Below, in pieces: positions 60,955 through 64,000 of a stretch of 64,000 nt of DNA. Position 1 is the stretch's first letter. Every line of letters starts with the position of its first letter. Source of the DNA: Fistulifera solaris (Eukaryota). A program made the translations under genes and the position numbers. The notes beneath the pieces were generated by a model. It did no database searches. It was not told the DNA's origin and saw only the letters and a list, made by a program, of their open reading frames with translations. The stretch covers positions 1,798,001-1,862,000 of the forward strand of contig AP026162.1 of assembly GCA_030295235.1 (NCBI GenBank), given 5' to 3'.

Positions 60955-61424
60955 TAGCCGTGTTGATAGCCGTCGTAGGAAATTTATCTCTGCAGGGGGA
61001 CCCGGATAATTAACAATTCGCCATCAGCCATCATCCAATTCTTATGTTTACAGCTCACAGATATCACCATTTATCTTGCGCAATGTATCGTATTCGTATC
61101 GGGAAGCAATAAGCGCCATCGAGTTGAAAACAAAACGTTCATGGAACGATCGGTGCAACGCTTCGAATGTCTACGTAATTTCACGTAGCTCTCGTAGGGA
61201 AATTTATCGACAAAGGGGCAACCCGGATATTGCGTAATTCCGATCACACCATTAATCGCGTCTTTTGGACGCCAATGTCAACGATACCTTGTCCATCATC
61301 GCTAATGCATGTCATTAAGTAATAATCAACTTTGATTTATCGCTGAAACATGAAATAGTAAAAAGATAAAACGCTTCCAGTGTCTACGCTAATTTCACGT
61401 AGCCGTCGTAGGAAATTTATCTCT
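60955..61424. repeat. Degenerate tandem repeat, ~215-219 bp unit, just over 2 copies
   Basis: AGC..TCGTAGG(G)AAATTTATC at 60968, 61187 and 61401; ACGCTTC..TGTCTACG.TAATTTCACGT occurs twice. Confidence 0.75.
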
Positions 61425-61670
61425 TTACTTAGCTGGTAATTTCGATCATGGATCTTCAGGTGCCCCGACAATGTTTTTAATGTGTGTCTCTAAGATATGA
61501 TTTAGAGCCAGTAACAGGCATTATCAGCCTAGTTGCTTGAAAACGGAGGAAGGCGAGACACACACAGAGACATAAAGATCATAACATTATCTCGTGACTA
61601 AATACAAGTCATGGGTAGTTGATAGCACAATGATTTTAGAGCCCAAAATTTTATTAAAAACATTATTGTT

Positions 61671-62378
61671 TTATCCTCTGAACACTTGGCACAGATATAG
61701 ACTGCCGTCGGCGCCTTTGGAAGTCGCCATGCCCATGTGGGTAAATCGTCTGTCCAGTATGTTGTTGCGATTTGCTGTATTTTGCAGCATTTTGGCATGA
61801 ATGCTATGAATATCAGCTCCTTTCGCAACGTTTTCTCCTAGTCGCCGACAGGGTCGGTGGAATTGTTCTTGAATAGTGGACGGCGATGAATGAAAGACAT
61901 CTGCTTCAGCTGCCATCCTTTCAGCGTGTTGGCGGGCAATCTCATCGAGCTCGGTCAACCGGTGCAAGGGAGCAATAAGCTTCGCACTGCGAGCTTTATT
62001 CACCATGATGTGATTCGACGCAAAATACGATGTGCTGGGGAGATGCCTGGATCGAGCCAGGATTCGACCTAGTTCTTCGGCAGCATCAGTAATACTTCGC
62101 GGATCTTCCGGATCTGAAACTAGTAAAGGAACATTCCTATTGTGGTCATGGGAGTCGGAAGGCCTCCAATTTGATGGCGAGTAAATTCCAATTGAACTTT
62201 GCGATGAGGATAATGATTCGTAGCATGTAGTTGCAATTGACTTTGTGCTTACGAAAACCCCGCCCAAGATGTCTTTTGGCTTTACAAGCAGGACTTTATC
62301 CTGTTGTTGTGCTCTCTTATTTCTTCGACTTATTCTTTGTCGAAGAGAAGGGAAAATGGCCATTTGATATCGTTTCAT
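61671..62378 (-). CDS. CAP/SCP domain protein
   Basis: VNKAR..LDEIARQHAERMA..GENVAKG..NILDRRFTHMGMA..YLCQVFRG. Confidence 0.85.
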   Translation of the reverse strand: MKRYQMAIFPSLRQRISRRNKRAQQQDKVLLVKPKDILGGVFVSTKSIATTCYESLSSSQSSIGIYSPSNWRPSDSHDHNRNVPLLVSDPEDPRSITDAAEELGRILARSRHLPSTSYFASNHIMVNKARSAKLIAPLHRLTELDEIARQHAERMAAEADVFHSSPSTIQEQFHRPCRRLGENVAKGADIHSIHAKMLQNTANRNNILDRRFTHMGMATSKGADGSLYLCQVFRG

Positions 62379-62791
62379 TCGTTGTTGGAGTGAAGTTGGA
62401 TTTTGTGACCATGAGAGCGATGATCGCCAATTTGCTTGTTGTTCGAGGAGGTTCCGAGTGGACGAACTTCCGAGAAAAATGGACATGCACGAATCAGAAG
62501 TGACTGGATGAAATAGTACAAAGATCACTGCTGGTGCGACACAACGCTTTCAACGCTCGCCATCTTTTACATTTTTCAGCGCAAATAACGTGCGCCGACG
62601 TTGTTTGCCGTGTTATTTCCCTTGATTGTTTGTAGATGGATGATGGAGGATGAATGATGAGATAGATCATCCGATAGTAATTTGGAGGCGAGCCAACAAA
62701 CGACGAAAGTTGTCTGTGTATTCCTAGCAAACGATACGAAAGCCGGATCAGCAATAGAGTGTGACAGCGGCGATCGCCTCGTCTAGAGTCT

Positions 62792-63271
62792 ATGCGAGTT
62801 TCTCATTTCACAAGATATATTCTCGCATTCCTTATGTCGACTTACTCAGAACTTGATCTATTTTGGGAAGAGGCTGCTCGAACTGTTGCGACAGGAGATT
62901 TTAGCGCTTATTCGGCTCTATATCACCCCGATGCTGTAGTAGTAGATACTGTCACCGCACCAAATGGAACTAAACCAATCGCTGAAGCTTTGCGTCAGTG
63001 GAAAGCTAGCTTTGATGAGACCGCCTCAAGCACTCGCGAAACGACTCTCGCATTCCGATTTTCAAGACGACTGCACAACTCTGAAACAGCACATGAGTCA
63101 GGAATTTTTCAATATACTTCCAGTAGCAACACGGAACCTGTAAAGACAATTTATGTGAAGTTTGAGGCTCTCATGGTAAAGAAGGATACAAAATGGATGT
63201 GGCTGATGGAATACCAGCGGGAACTAACAAGCAAAGATGAATGGGATTCACTTCCGGGTTTTCGGAACTAG
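62792..63271 (+). CDS. NTF2/SnoaL-like (DUF4440-like) protein
   Basis: ELD.FW..RTV..GDF..Y..YHPDAV, FRFSRR, AHESGIF.Y, FEAL.VKK, MEYQ; intronless. Confidence 0.75.
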   Translation: MRVSHFTRYILAFLMSTYSELDLFWEEAARTVATGDFSAYSALYHPDAVVVDTVTAPNGTKPIAEALRQWKASFDETASSTRETTLAFRFSRRLHNSETAHESGIFQYTSSSNTEPVKTIYVKFEALMVKKDTKWMWLMEYQRELTSKDEWDSLPGFRN

Positions 63272-63479
63272 CTTGCTTTTTCAAGTTCAGTATTGCATGA
63301 GCTTTCTACGCTTTACTGGACAAAACACAGGACTCTATTTACAGACTTTGTTTATCAAATATTTACGGGGAGTACAATCGAATTACACCGTTAAATAGAG
63401 AAATAATGTTCAATGACAAAGAATACATGTTTCATTTTCAAGGTGATACAGTCTAATCAAAACTCAGTCATGAAGCATC

Positions 63480-64000
63480 TTAGAGCTCAATGGTCCTTTC
63501 TTCCTCGGCACCAGATGTGGAAAACGCATGTTGCCATGCAAACATCGGGTTCATCATAAATGACTGCATACCAAGCTGCTGACCCGCTGTGGTTGTGGCA
63601 GCTTGTTGCATCGCCATTGCTGTCATTGCGTCGGTGTAAGCTTGTTGAGCGTTCGCTCCGACAGGAGTCGCCGCCAGCTGGCTCATGTTCAAACCAGGGA
63701 TAGCATGACTAATACCTTGCATGGCAGCTTCCATCGCCGCAGTTGCCGCTTGTTGAAAACTTGCCATTGCTTGCATTGTCGCACCAGTTTGCACATCGGG
63801 GATAGCTGAATCAACATTTCCAATTTTCGACCCAGTCCCTTTCATCGTCTGGGCGACTTCTCTCGCAGCTGCTGCAGAAAAACCCTGGCTTGCATAGAGA
63901 GGCTTGAGTAGCAACGGCTTCAGCCTCGACTTGTTCCATCGAGTCTTTCATGCCGTTACTAGCTATCGGGTCATGCACGTGAGCACTGGGTTTCTGTTCT
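63480..64000 (-). CDS. 3' end of a Gln/Ala/Met-rich protein, truncated by the window edge
   Basis: Low-complexity ORF ending at TAA 63480-63482; the rest lies outside the window. Confidence 0.55.

Noticed and set aside
64..63809. Numerous short antisense or overlapping ORFs in the track
   Set aside because: Shadows of real genes on the other strand or frame, without motifs.

Overview
Gene-dense eukaryotic nuclear DNA, most likely from a diatom (inferred from short GT-AG introns, bipartite plastid presequences of the ASA-F type on hemA, PsbP-like and other genes, and diatom-typical protein families). About 30 protein genes are supported, including hemA, a branched-chain aminotransferase, APC7, an atypical E2F (DEL), SZT2-like, LYAR, TSTD2/TrhO-like, a PPR protein, a truncated globin and a Nudix-methyltransferase fusion. 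Many are split by single-base indels at homopolymers, which look like long-read assembly errors. Non-coding structure: (i) two intronic box C/D RNA candidates, one in the LYAR intron with a 14-nt guide matching LSU rRNA and one ~140-nt structured RNA in a predicted 3'-UTR intron of the TSTD2-like gene; (ii) six tandem arrays, three of which (33, 57 and 218 bp units) share a CCAGA(A/T)(A/T)TTCTGG palindromic core, and all of which sit ~110-250 bp upstream of a start codon; (iii) a ~530-bp fold-back palindrome just upstream of a true GPN2 pseudogene; (iv) a small spliced Gon7-like gene missed by the ORF track. No CRISPR array, tRNA, rRNA or intact transposase was found. Family assignments are from motif recognition only; no searches were run.
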